Under the pieces are notes generated by a model. The model searched no databases and was not told the origin of the DNA. It saw only the letters and a program-made list of their open reading frames with translations. From the NCBI GenBank assembly GCA_963668025.2, contig CAXXTH010000010.1, positions 800,001 through 864,000 of the forward strand: 64,000 bases of DNA. The letters run 5' to 3'. The position numbers and the translations under genes were made by a program. This DNA is from Candidatus Hydrogenedentota bacterium (GTDB taxonomy: Bacteria > Hydrogenedentota > Hydrogenedentia > Hydrogenedentales > SLHB01). Below are positions 19,147 to 28,315 of this stretch, piece after piece. Within the stretch, counting starts at the first letter, position 1, and the number at the start of each line of letters is the position of its first letter.

Positions 19147-19265
19147 TATAGAATTGAGCAAGGCAGCCTCTGGAGCAGTTGCATTGTCGTATATGCCTTG
19201 TAAGGGCATCCTTGGCGCATTGGAAATGGAGCGCCCTTACAGGGCGCGTCTCATGGTTTGGTTTT

Positions 19266-19379
19266 ACCCAGGGACGCCCTTGCCCTACGGGCGGCGGTCG
19301 GCCCTGGGCTGTGGTGGAATGTCCCTTCGGGACACGCTTTGCGGCTTTTTGTGTTTTCAGCAGGGGGCTTGCTCCACCG
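19266..19379 (+). repeat. Repeat D followed by a degenerate repeat B
   Basis: ACCCAGGGACGCCCTTGCCCTACGGGCGGCGGTCGGCCCTGGGCTGTG...TGTCCCTTCGGGACAC is near-identical to 16843-16912. Confidence 0.8.
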
Positions 19380-19528
19380 TTAGGATTGGAAACGTTGAAC
19401 GACACAATACTGAATTATAAATCAGTTATCAAGGTCTGGATTTATGTTATAATAATACAACAAAAGAAGCAGTATAGAAATTATATCATTGCTATTTGTA
19501 GTAATGATAGAATATAAGGAGGCTTCTT

Positions 19529-19908
19529 GTGTTTCATTATTTTCTCCTCCAAAAAAGAATAATAATGTTCTTGGCGATCTTGCTGGTAATTGCTCCAAAG
19601 TCGTTCTGTGACAACTATTATTATCATCCGCAATGCGTTACATCCAGTGTGCCAAACGCATACAAATCGCCAACGGAACTGGTTACAGACAAAATAGTTT
19701 TGGCGACAAAATGGTGGAATTATGCAAATAGGGTAGTTCCTCATGAATACGGCCATACTGCTGGTCTGCGACATCCTGATGATCCAAACGTAACATGTCC
19801 ACCGCGCCACCGATTGTACATTCCCTGAATTTTATGTGTTCAACTACGGGATCTGACCATGATTTTCTCATCACATGTCAATGTGATGAGTTGGTGGGGC
19901 ATCACTAA
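19529..19908 (+). pseudogene. Degraded metzincin-type zinc metalloprotease fragment
   Basis: HEYGHTAGLRH matches HExxHxxGxxH. A frameshifted continuation reads LNFMCSTTG...CQCDEL (possible Met-turn). The ORF is too short for a full domain. Confidence 0.55.
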
Positions 19909-19935
19909 GTGAAGTGAATCCCTAATATTTGGCCA

Positions 19936-20658
19936 ATGATAATTTCGCAAGAAAGGAGATTGTCTCCGATGAATAGTAGTCACAAACACAAATATTCATA
20001 TTTTTGTACAGCAGCATGCATGCTGATGATTTCTTTTGCTGGATATTCGGAAGAAGCGTTACCAGCAAAACCTTTTGAAAAAATTGTACTCGATGAGGAG
20101 TATGATTTCGGGCGCGAATATCATCCGTACAATGAAAAGGACGCAGAGAGATTTGCCTCTTTGTGTGATGAAAACGTGGTACAGGCGCTTCTTTCCATTC
20201 TCGCCAACGAAGAATCAGATTACGAATATAATAAGGCGAAAATCGCTTTTTTCATTGGAAAAACCAAGGATCCCAAAGTATTTGATGTTTTTGTCAAATG
20301 TTTGGAGCGTTGGCTGGCAGCCCCTATCAATAAAGAGACGGAATATTATATCTTTTTTACTATAACGGCTATTATGTTTTTGGGAGACGAGCGTTCTGCT
20401 GATTATTTGGCAGACATGGCCAAAGCAACATATTGGGAGCATTTACCAAACGGATTGGTCAGTAGTATCGAAGGAAAAACAAGCAAGAGTCTCGTTAGAT
20501 TTTACAGAGAGCATATTATTTATACTTTAAGTCATGCAAAAAATGAATACACAATAAAAATTCTTACAGAAATGGAAACGGATCCGTGTTTCGCCGACCT
20601 GGGTGACATCATACAGTCCGTCAAGCATCAACAAGAAACACAGGATGTGATGGAGTGA
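19936..20658 (+). CDS. Hypothetical secreted helical-repeat protein (low GC)
   Basis: 240-aa ORF, AAAGGAG upstream of ATG 19969, signal-like segment and HEAT-like motifs. Confidence 0.65.
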   Translation: MIISQERRLSPMNSSHKHKYSYFCTAACMLMISFAGYSEEALPAKPFEKIVLDEEYDFGREYHPYNEKDAERFASLCDENVVQALLSILANEESDYEYNKAKIAFFIGKTKDPKVFDVFVKCLERWLAAPINKETEYYIFFTITAIMFLGDERSADYLADMAKATYWEHLPNGLVSSIEGKTSKSLVRFYREHIIYTLSHAKNEYTIKILTEMETDPCFADLGDIIQSVKHQQETQDVME

Positions 20659-20702
20659 ACGAATCGGGACTAGACATCTGGGGCGGAAAGATGGGATAGA
20701 AC

Positions 20703-21482
20703 ATGAAAAAACGTAGGAAATTCTTTTTTTTCTGTATATTCATTGGAGGAAATGTCATATGCCAGTCTGCAACAGCTCATCTATCCACTGAATACATTAC
20801 TGGAAAGACCTATGACGCGGTGTTGACTTATCTTAACAAAGACCAAGCATTTGCAACACGATATTACAATGTCAAGGATTGTTTCTTGTCAGCAGATAAA
20901 CTTGGCGAAATTATGCCGGAGTTAGACAGATTAGTCAGCGAGAGCCAGGATATTTCCCCTGAAGTGCATGTTCATATGTTGGCGTTGCTGGCGGACTATT
21001 ATTCCTATGCGGATTCCCCTCGACGGGAAGTCGAAACGTTGGACTCTATGAGAAAAACTGATGTTTTTTCTGCGGAAGACGCAGAAGAAATGGCGTATTG
21101 GATAGATGTGGACACGTGCCAAATTTTGACTTATACACGTAGCACTAAGGAGAGTTTCCAGCCAACCATGTCGGAGATAGATTCTGCATATGAAAACTTG
21201 TTTTCTAGATATAGTCCCTATCGATATGAAATTTTGAGAGGCCATTATCAGTATGCCATGGCTGCTTATCGTTCCGCATCGAGATTACAGGATGATCATT
21301 ATTACTTGGTTGCGTTAGATCATCTACGGGAAGTACATAGGATCGCCCAGGAAGTACTGTCTCGCCCATCACTTGCGGAAGATGAAGCGATTCTGAATAA
21401 AGCGACTGAGTTCGAAAGAAAATACGTGAATAGTAGATATAATTTTGGTAACACTTTAGCCGTCTGGCGCAACCATAAGTAG
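20703..21482 (+). pseudogene. Hypothetical secreted protein truncated by IS66
   Basis: The last about 11 codons and the stop lie inside the IS66 left end, which starts at 21448. Confidence 0.65.
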
Positions 21483-22975
21483 CGTTTCGGTATAATATAG
21501 TTACAAGATGTTGTGGTTTTGGGCCAAGACGCCATGGCGACGGCAATAAGTGGCATTCCATTGGGACCGCTGCTCTCGGAGGAGCAAGCCCGAGCGATCT
21601 ACGCATTGGGCGAAGATGCCGTGGTGTTTGCCCTGTTGGCGCAATCCAAGCTGCTGTCGGAGCAGCAGGCCGAGGCGGCGTTCACTTCCCACCAAACGCC
21701 CTCCACCCCTTCGGGCATGCAGCCAGTTTACGGGAAACCCCAGACGCCTGTGCGCGGCAAGAAAAAGCCGGGACGCAAGATGGGCCACCCCGGCAGCCGG
21801 CGCGTGCCGCCCGAACGTATCGACCGGCGTGAAACACACCGCACCAAGGTGTGTCCCGACTGCGGCGGGCCGCTGGACCGCCGCGCGGAGACCCGCACGC
21901 GCTACACCGAAGACATACCCGAAGGCATCCGTCCGGAAATCACCGAGCATACCATTCACCGCGACTGGTGTCCGCGATGCAAGAAGAAAGTCGAGCCGGT
22001 TGTGGCGGCGGCCTTGCCGGGCGCGACCCTGGGCAACCGGGTGCTGGTCCTCAGCGCGTGGCTGCACTATGTGTTGGGCAACACGCTTTCGCAAATCGTG
22101 GAGGTCTTCGATTTCCACCTGCTTTTCCAGGTCACGCCGGGCGGGCTGCTGCACATGTGGCGCAGGCTGGCGGAGATTCTCCTGCCTTGGTACGAGGCCA
22201 TTCACCAGGAAGCGCTGGACTCGGCGGTGCTCAACGCCGACGAGACCGGCTGGCGCGTGAATGGCAAGACCCGATGGCTGTGGTGTTTCGCCACCAAAGG
22301 GCTGAGCTTTTTCCTGATCGACCATTCGCGGGGGAGTCCGGCGCTCCAGCAGTTCTTCACGCGGGAATTCGCCGGAACGCTGGTGGCCGACTTCTGGGCC
22401 GCGTACAACGCCGTGGCGTGCGCCGCCCGGCAGAAGTGCCTCGTGCATTTGTTGCGCGAACTCGAGCACGTGGAGAAATACAAATCGCCCAGCCCGGCCT
22501 GGCCCGCCTTCGCCAAAAAGCTGCGCCGCCTGATTGCCGACGCCATCCGGCTGTGGCGGCGGCGCGGCGAGCTCGAACCGGAGGCGTACGACTCGCGCCG
22601 CGCGCGCTTCGCCCGGCGCTTGCGGGACTTGTGCGATACGCCCTGGGAGGACGCCAACGCCAAGCGCCTCATAAAAAGGCTGCGCCGACACCAGGATGAA
22701 CTCTTCACTTTTCTCGGCCAATCAGATGTTCCCTTCGACAACAACTTGGCGGAACGCTCCATCCGTCCTGCCGTTATCCTGCGCAAAAACAGTTACTGCA
22801 ACCGCAGCGACCAAGGAGCCGCCATACAAGCGGTGCTCATGAGCGTCTTCTTTACTTTGAAAAAACGCGGGCAAAACCCCGTCTGCACCGTCTGCAACGC
22901 CCTGGTCCACTACCTCAACACCGGCCAATTGCCTCCCCTGCCACCGGAAAACACTTCAGTCGGCTAAAGTGTTAC
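21448..22975 (+). mobile_element. IS66-family element, single-ORF type
   Basis: Terminal inverted repeats GTAACACTTTAGCCGTCTG / reverse complement GTAACACTTTAGCCGACTG. The flanks TAATTTTG and TAAAATCC do not match, so there is no target duplication. Confidence 0.93.
21513..22967 (+). CDS. IS66 family transposase
   Basis: TPSTPS, KPGRKMGHPG, CPDCG zinc ribbon, ADETGW, QKCLVHLLR and DNNLAERSIRP. Confidence 0.95.
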   Translation: MVLGQDAMATAISGIPLGPLLSEEQARAIYALGEDAVVFALLAQSKLLSEQQAEAAFTSHQTPSTPSGMQPVYGKPQTPVRGKKKPGRKMGHPGSRRVPPERIDRRETHRTKVCPDCGGPLDRRAETRTRYTEDIPEGIRPEITEHTIHRDWCPRCKKKVEPVVAAALPGATLGNRVLVLSAWLHYVLGNTLSQIVEVFDFHLLFQVTPGGLLHMWRRLAEILLPWYEAIHQEALDSAVLNADETGWRVNGKTRWLWCFATKGLSFFLIDHSRGSPALQQFFTREFAGTLVADFWAAYNAVACAARQKCLVHLLRELEHVEKYKSPSPAWPAFAKKLRRLIADAIRLWRRRGELEPEAYDSRRARFARRLRDLCDTPWEDANAKRLIKRLRRHQDELFTFLGQSDVPFDNNLAERSIRPAVILRKNSYCNRSDQGAAIQAVLMSVFFTLKKRGQNPVCTVCNALVHYLNTGQLPPLPPENTSVG

Positions 22976-23346
22976 TAAAATCCATGAAGCACACCAAAAA
23001 GATGCAAGCGTTGCTGGAGCGCATGGCGCAGATTAAGCGGATGGAGCGCGGGAAGCTCTGTCAAATGGGCGGGCGTCCCCACTTTAACCACCAGAGCTGG
23101 GAGAACGAGAAGAACGTGGTTCGCTATGTGTCGGCGCGCGAAACCGAGTTCCTAAAAGAGGCCATCAATGGCTACCAGGCTTTCATGAAGCTGGCTGAAC
23201 GCTACGTTGACGAAGTCGTCAAGCAAACCCGCCGTGAGCGCGCAAAGACCTTCCCCCCAGCGAAAAATCCCAGGCCACGTTGACAGAAAAAATCATGCAC
23301 AACAGGATAAATCGACTCTTGAGCACTATTAGATGCGTAAGCCCTG
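22976..23346. mobile_element. Partial ISAs1-family element (copy 0; transposase half removed at the IS66 end)
   Basis: Matches 24592-24962 apart from about 6 substitutions and ends in the IR TTAGATGCGTAAGCCCTG. Confidence 0.9.
22984..23283 (+). CDS. ISAs1 passenger protein, copy 0 (99 aa, DUF6788-like)
   Basis: MERGKLCQM...FNHQSWENEKNVVRYV...AINGYQAF; intact in all three copies. The family assignment is from memory of the motif. Confidence 0.7.
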   Translation: MKHTKKMQALLERMAQIKRMERGKLCQMGGRPHFNHQSWENEKNVVRYVSARETEFLKEAINGYQAFMKLAERYVDEVVKQTRRERAKTFPPAKNPRPR

Positions 23347-23370
23347 GCCTGAACACCAGGGCTTACGCAT

Positions 23371-24528
23371 CTAAATTCCCAGTAAACGTAGAAGGTATTC
23401 GGGGTCGAGTGCAGCAGCGAAGCGCTTGCCCCTGAGGAAATCTTTGTTGGTCTTGTCTTTCTTGAGGAGGTTGAGTGTAATTCTCCTCAAGGAGGCGAGA
23501 TTCTGGGCGGCGTTTCTTGTTCGGGCGCGGTTGTCGTCTTCGCGAAAGATAATGTCTAGGCACCAGTGCAAATTGTTTTCCACGCCCCAGTGTCCACGCA
23601 CGGCGTGGGCGAATCGTCGTGCGTCGAGGGGCAGGCTGCTCAAGTAGTAGCGCCGCTCGATGGTGTTCTTCCCTTTTTCCTTGCGGATGGACTCGACCAT
23701 GCCGAAACTCTTGAGGCCCTTCCAAAGTCCTTTGTCCTCGAACCAGCCCAAGTCGGTGGATTGCCAGTATCGGCGGGTTTCGATGCGGCCATGCCCCTTG
23801 TCGATGGTCTGGTGGAAATCCATCCGTGTGGCGTCGGCTGTTGGCGCGCACTGGGTGGCGCAAGGGGGAACGGCGTCCTTGAAAAAGGCCTTCACTTCTT
23901 CTAGGGCGGTGGCGTGGTTGCCTTTGAGGGCCAGCACGTAGTCGGCCTGCCGTTGGATAATGTGGGAGGCGATATCCTTCTGGCAGCCCATGGCGTCCAG
24001 GGTGACGATGGCTCCCTTGAGCTTTAAGGCGTTGAGGAGTTTGGGGACGGCGGTGATTTCGTTGGATTTCTCGTCCACCTTGACCTGCCCCAGCGCCAGG
24101 CCGTGCTCGCAAGCCCATGCGCTGACGATGTAGGGGATGGCCTCCCCCTGATTCAAGGCGCGCCGCAGGGCTTTGCCGTCAATGGCGGCGACCTCATCGC
24201 TTAGATTGGGGCAAATGCCCTGCACCCATTGGCCGAAGCATTCCAGAAAGGCATGGGGGTCGAGGGCGGAAAAGACCCGGTTGAAGGTGTCGTGCGAGGG
24301 GATGCCGCCGGGCAATTCCAGGAAGCCCTTCAGCCAATCCTCCCGGAGCCGGCCGAAGCGCTCCATATCCGAAAAGCTCTCTCCGCCCACGAGGGCTGAG
24401 CATAGCCCAATCACCAAGATGTCAATGAAGTTGTGCCTGCGGGTCCGGTCCATGCGGGGATCAGGCAGGCCCGCGAAACACTCGATAATAGGCTTGGGCT
24501 TGGGCAGGGATTTCTTTTCAGCGGTCAT
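23371..24528 (-). CDS. ISAs1 family transposase
   Basis: LPDPR, GIPSHDTF.RVF, AIDGKALR, KSNEITA, DAMGCQ, ALKGN, HGRIETR and RGHWGVENNLHW.LD. Confidence 0.97.
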   Translation of the reverse strand: MTAEKKSLPKPKPIIECFAGLPDPRMDRTRRHNFIDILVIGLCSALVGGESFSDMERFGRLREDWLKGFLELPGGIPSHDTFNRVFSALDPHAFLECFGQWVQGICPNLSDEVAAIDGKALRRALNQGEAIPYIVSAWACEHGLALGQVKVDEKSNEITAVPKLLNALKLKGAIVTLDAMGCQKDIASHIIQRQADYVLALKGNHATALEEVKAFFKDAVPPCATQCAPTADATRMDFHQTIDKGHGRIETRRYWQSTDLGWFEDKGLWKGLKSFGMVESIRKEKGKNTIERRYYLSSLPLDARRFAHAVRGHWGVENNLHWCLDIIFREDDNRARTRNAAQNLASLRRITLNLLKKDKTNKDFLRGKRFAAALDPEYLLRLLGI

Positions 24529-24562
24529 GGGGTGCTCCTTTCATTCATGCGCCGAAGCACTG

Positions 24563-24592
24563 TTGACTCTAGTATATAGAATTCTATATATT
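24563..24592 (+). promoter_or_regulatory. Putative promoter with a perfect 18-bp palindrome between the divergent IS genes
   Basis: TTGACT at 24563, TATATT at 24587, and palindrome TATATAGAATTCTATATA at 24573-24590 (repeated at 26189-26206). Confidence 0.6.
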
Positions 24593-24599
24593 AAAATCC

Positions 24600-24899
24600 A
24601 TGAAGCACACCAAAAAGATGCAAGCATTGCTGGAGCGCATGGCGCAGATTGAGCGGATGGAGCGCGGAAAGCTCTGTCAAATGGGCGGGCGTCCCCACTT
24701 TAACCACCAGAGCTGGGAGAACGAGAAGAACGTGGTTCGCTATGTGCCGGCGCGCGAAACCGAGTTCCTAAAAGAGGCCATCAATGGCTACCAGGCTTTC
24801 ATGAAGCTGGCTGAACGCTACGTGGACGAAGTCGTCAAGCAAACCCGCCGTGAGCGCGCAAAGACCTTCCCCCAAGCGAAAAATCCCAGGCCACGTTGA
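24600..24899 (+). CDS. ISAs1 passenger protein, copy 1 (DUF6788-like)
   Basis: 99-aa ORF inside the IRs, divergent from the transposase. Confidence 0.7.
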   Translation: MKHTKKMQALLERMAQIERMERGKLCQMGGRPHFNHQSWENEKNVVRYVPARETEFLKEAINGYQAFMKLAERYVDEVVKQTRRERAKTFPQAKNPRPR

Positions 24900-24985
24900 C
24901 AGAAAAAATCATGCACAACAGGATAAATCGACTCTTGAGCACTATTAGATGCGTAAGCCCTGCCTGAACACCAGGGCTTACGCAT

Positions 24986-26144
24986 CTAAATTCCCAGTAA
25001 ACGTAGAAGGTATTCGGGGTCGAGTGCAGCAGCGAAGCGCTTGCCCCTGAGGAAATCTTTGTTGGTCTTGTCTTTCTTGAGGAGGTTGAGTGTAATTCTC
25101 CTCAAGGAGGCGAGATTCTGGGCGGCGTTTCTTGTTCGGGCGCGGTTGTCGTCTTCGCGAAAGATAATGTCTAGGCACCAGTGCAAATTGTTTTCCACGC
25201 CCCAGTGTCCACGCACGGCGTGGGCGAATCGTCGTGCGTCGAGGGGCAGGCTGCTCAAGTAGTAGCGCCGCTCGATGGTGTTCTTCCCTTTTTCCTTGCG
25301 GATGGACTCGACCATGCCGAAACTCTTGAGGCCCTTCCAAAGTCCTTTGTCCTCGAACCAGCCCAAGTCGGTGGATTGCCAGTATCGGCGGGTTTCGATG
25401 CGGCCATGCCCCTTGTCGATGGTCTGGTGGAAATCCATCCGTGTGGCGTCGGCTGTTGGCGCGCACTGGGTGGCGCAAGGGGGAACGGCGTCCTTGAAAA
25501 AAGGCCTTCACTTCTTCTAGGGCGGTGGCGTGGTTGCCTTTGAGGGCCAGCACGTAGTCGGCCTGCCGTTGGATAATGTGGGAGGCGATATCCTTCTGGC
25601 AGCCCATGGCGTCCAGGGTGACGATGGCTCCCTTGAGCTTTAAGGCGTTGAGGAGTTTGGGGACGGCGGTGATTTCGTTGGATTTCTCGTCCACCTTGAC
25701 CTGCCCCAGCGCCAGGCCGTGCTCGCAAGCCCATGCGCTGACGATGTAGGGGATGGCCTCCCCCTGATTCAAGGCGCGCCGCAGGGCTTTGCCGTCAATG
25801 GCGACGACCTCATCGCTTAGATTGGGGCAAATGCCCTGCACCCATTGGCCGAAGCATTCCAGAAAGGCATGGGGGTCGAGGGCGGAAAAGACCCGGTTGA
25901 AGGTGTCGTGCGAGGGGATGCCGCCGGGCAATTCCAGGAAGCCCTTCAGCCAATCCTCCCGGAGCCAGCCGAAGCGCTCCATATCCGAAAAGCTCTCCCC
26001 GCCCACGAGGGCTGAGCATAGCCCAATCATCAAGATGTCAATGAAGTTGTGCCTGCGGGTCCGGTCCATGCGGGGATCAGGCAGGCCCGCGAAACACTCG
26101 ATAATAGGCTTGGGCTTGGGCAGGGATTTCTTTTCAGCGGTCAT
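24986..26144 (-). pseudogene. ISAs1 transposase, frameshifted
   Basis: One extra base in the A-run at 25497-25502 (6 A versus 5 in copy 1) splits the ORF. This could also be a homopolymer sequencing error. Confidence 0.8.
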
Positions 26145-26215
26145 GGGGTGCTCCTTTCATTCATGCGCCGAAGCACTGTTGACTCTAGTATATAGAATTC
26201 TATATATTAAAATCC

Positions 26216-26515
26216 ATGAAGCACACCAAAAAGATGCAAGCATTGCTGGAGCGCATGGCGCAGATTGAGCGGATGGAGCGCGGAAAGCTCTGTCAAATGG
26301 GCGGGCGTCCCCACTTTAACCACCAGAGCTGGGAGAACGAGAAGAACGTGGTTCGCTATGTGCCGGCGCGCGAAACCGAGTTCCTAAAAGAGGCCATCAA
26401 TGGCTACCAGGCTTTCATGAAGCTGGCTGAACGCTACGTGGACGAAGTCGTCAAGCAAACCCGCCGTGAGCGCGCAAAGACCTTCCCCCAAGCGAAAAAT
26501 CCCAGGCCACGTTGA
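26216..26515 (+). CDS. ISAs1 passenger protein, copy 2 (DUF6788-like)
   Basis: Protein identical to copy 1. Confidence 0.7.
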   Translation: MKHTKKMQALLERMAQIERMERGKLCQMGGRPHFNHQSWENEKNVVRYVPARETEFLKEAINGYQAFMKLAERYVDEVVKQTRRERAKTFPQAKNPRPR

Positions 26516-26707
26516 CAGAAAAAATCATGCACAACAGGATAAATCGACTCTTGAGCACTATTAGATGCGTAAGCCCTGGCCTGAACACCACTTTCCTTGT
26601 GTTGTGTCTTCACCGGGGAGTATAATCTTTATTCCGTCTTTTCGGGCCAGGGGCGCGGCTCGAGTGGGGTTTCGCGCTCATGGTGAAGCGCCAGAGGTGA
26701 ATGAAGC

Positions 26708-27721
26708 ATGATCATAGTCATGGAGTCGCGCGATAAACAGGATGTAGATCGCGTTGTCGCCAAAATAGAAGAATTCGGGTATCAAGCCCATATCATATGT
26801 GGCGTCGAACGTACGGTGATCGGAGCCGTAGGTGATGAACGCACCAAGGGCCGTTTGCTTTCCCTCGAGTCCATGCCCGGCGTGGAAAAAGTCGTACCTA
26901 TCCTCAAGCCGTTCAAACTCGCCGGACGCGAGCTCATACCGGATAATTCCGTCTTTCATACAGGCCCAGCGCAAATGGGCGGCAGCCGGTTCTGCGTCAT
27001 GGCGGGGCCGTGTTCCGTAGAGTCGCGCGAGCAAATACTCGAGACCGCGCGTATCGTGTGTGATGCGGGGGCTGCGGTGCTCCGAGGCGGAGCATATAAG
27101 CCGCGTACATCGCCATACAGCTTTCAAGGGCTCGAAGAGGAAGGCTTGAGCCTTCTCGAAGAAGCCCGTGAAGCGACGGGATTGCCTATCATTACGGAAG
27201 TGCTCACGCCTGAGCAAGCTCCCTTTGTAGCGGAGCATTCGGACATCCTTCAAATAGGCGCTCGCAACATGCAGAATTATGGCCTCTTGAAGGCCGTGGG
27301 GAAGCTGGACAAGCCGGTGTTTCTCAAGCGGGGCATGATGTCCACCATCAATGAATTACTGATGTCCGCCGAATACATCATGTCGGAAGGCAATAAACAA
27401 GTGATCCTCTGCGAACGGGGCATCCGCACGTTTGAGACAGAGACGCGAAATACGCTCGATATCAGCGCGGTGCCCGTGCTCAAGAAGCTGACCCATCTGC
27501 CTGTTTTCGTTGATCCCAGCCATGGCACCGGCCATTGGGATTTGGTGGCGCCCATGGCGAAGGCGGCTATCGCCGCTGGTGCGGATGGGCTCATGATTGA
27601 GGTGCATCCGAAGCCCGAGGAAGCCTTTTCGGATGGCGCCCAATCGCTCAAGCCGGGCCGTTTCCAGAAATTAATGGAAGAAATCCAGCCGTATCTGCAA
27701 CTCGCCGGAAAGACGCTGTAA
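26708..27721 (+). CDS. aroF: DAHP synthase (type I-beta, with N-terminal regulatory domain)
   Basis: [42 protein letters not shown] and DPSHGTG. Confidence 0.96.
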   Translation: MIIVMESRDKQDVDRVVAKIEEFGYQAHIICGVERTVIGAVGDERTKGRLLSLESMPGVEKVVPILKPFKLAGRELIPDNSVFHTGPAQMGGSRFCVMAGPCSVESREQILETARIVCDAGAAVLRGGAYKPRTSPYSFQGLEEEGLSLLEEAREATGLPIITEVLTPEQAPFVAEHSDILQIGARNMQNYGLLKAVGKLDKPVFLKRGMMSTINELLMSAEYIMSEGNKQVILCERGIRTFETETRNTLDISAVPVLKKLTHLPVFVDPSHGTGHWDLVAPMAKAAIAAGADGLMIEVHPKPEEAFSDGAQSLKPGRFQKLMEEIQPYLQLAGKTL

Positions 27722-27727
27722 CCGGAT

Positions 27728-28315
27728 ATGTCGGAAGAAGAACGTATTTTAGAGCAAGAAGAAGAAGAGCTCGAGCCTGTCGAGACGCTGGGCCGTGAGG
27801 AAACTCGCCAGGCGCTGCATGCGCTGCTTTTCGTGAGTGATAAGCCGCTGAGCGCCGAACGCCTCGCGGAGGCCATGGGCGATATCGATCCAGAAATGGT
27901 GGTTATGCTGCTCGAAGAATTAGTCGGCGCGCTCGAACAGCAAAGCGCTCCCTACGAGTTGAGGGAGATCGCCGGGGGGTACCAGTTCACCACCAAAACC
28001 GCTTTTGCGCCCTATATCCGGCGGCTGCTGCAAATCAAAAAAAGCAACCGCTTATCGAAGACTGCGCTCGAAACGCTTGCCATCGTCGCGTATAAACAGC
28101 CTTGCACACGCACTCAGGTCGAGGAGATTCGCGGCGTCAGCGTCTCCCACGCATTCGAACTATTGCAAGAGAAACGCCTGATTAAGGTGGCCGGTGTCGC
28201 GGAAACGCCCGGACGGCCAAAACTATACCGCACGACAGATGAGTTTTTAGTTCATTTTGGAATCAAGAGCCTTAAAGAACTGCCTTCCATCGAGGAGCTA
28301 CGCGAACTTCGATGA
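27728..28315 (+). CDS. scpB: SMC-Scp complex subunit ScpB
   Basis: ALLFVS..PL, LSKTALETLAIVAYKQP.TR..EEIRGV and GRPKLYRTTDEFL..FG. Confidence 0.95.
   Translation: MSEEERILEQEEEELEPVETLGREETRQALHALLFVSDKPLSAERLAEAMGDIDPEMVVMLLEELVGALEQQSAPYELREIAGGYQFTTKTAFAPYIRRLLQIKKSNRLSKTALETLAIVAYKQPCTRTQVEEIRGVSVSHAFELLQEKRLIKVAGVAETPGRPKLYRTTDEFLVHFGIKSLKELPSIEELRELR

Larger units (their letters stand above)
23357..24962 (-). mobile_element. ISAs1-family element, copy 1 (1606 bp, intact)
   Basis: Perfect 18-bp terminal IRs CAGGGCTTACGCATCTAA, flanked by the spacer GCCTGAACAC. Confidence 0.95.
24972..26578 (-). mobile_element. ISAs1-family element, copy 2 (1607 bp)
   Basis: Same IRs as copy 1, followed by GCCTGAACAC at 26579-26588. 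Confidence 0.95.

Noticed and set aside
21501-22721. 406-aa ORF antisense to the IS66 transposase, and similar long shadow ORFs elsewhere
   Set aside because: It lies wholly opposite a well-supported gene in GC-rich DNA and has no recognisable motifs.
25497-25502. Programmed frameshift in ISAs1 copy 2
   Set aside because: Copy 1 is a single continuous ORF, so the extra base is a mutation or homopolymer error.
23329-26588. CRISPR-like array from the repeated hairpin junctions
   Set aside because: The repeats are IS terminal inverted repeats spaced 1.6 kb apart with an identical spacer, and there are no cas genes.
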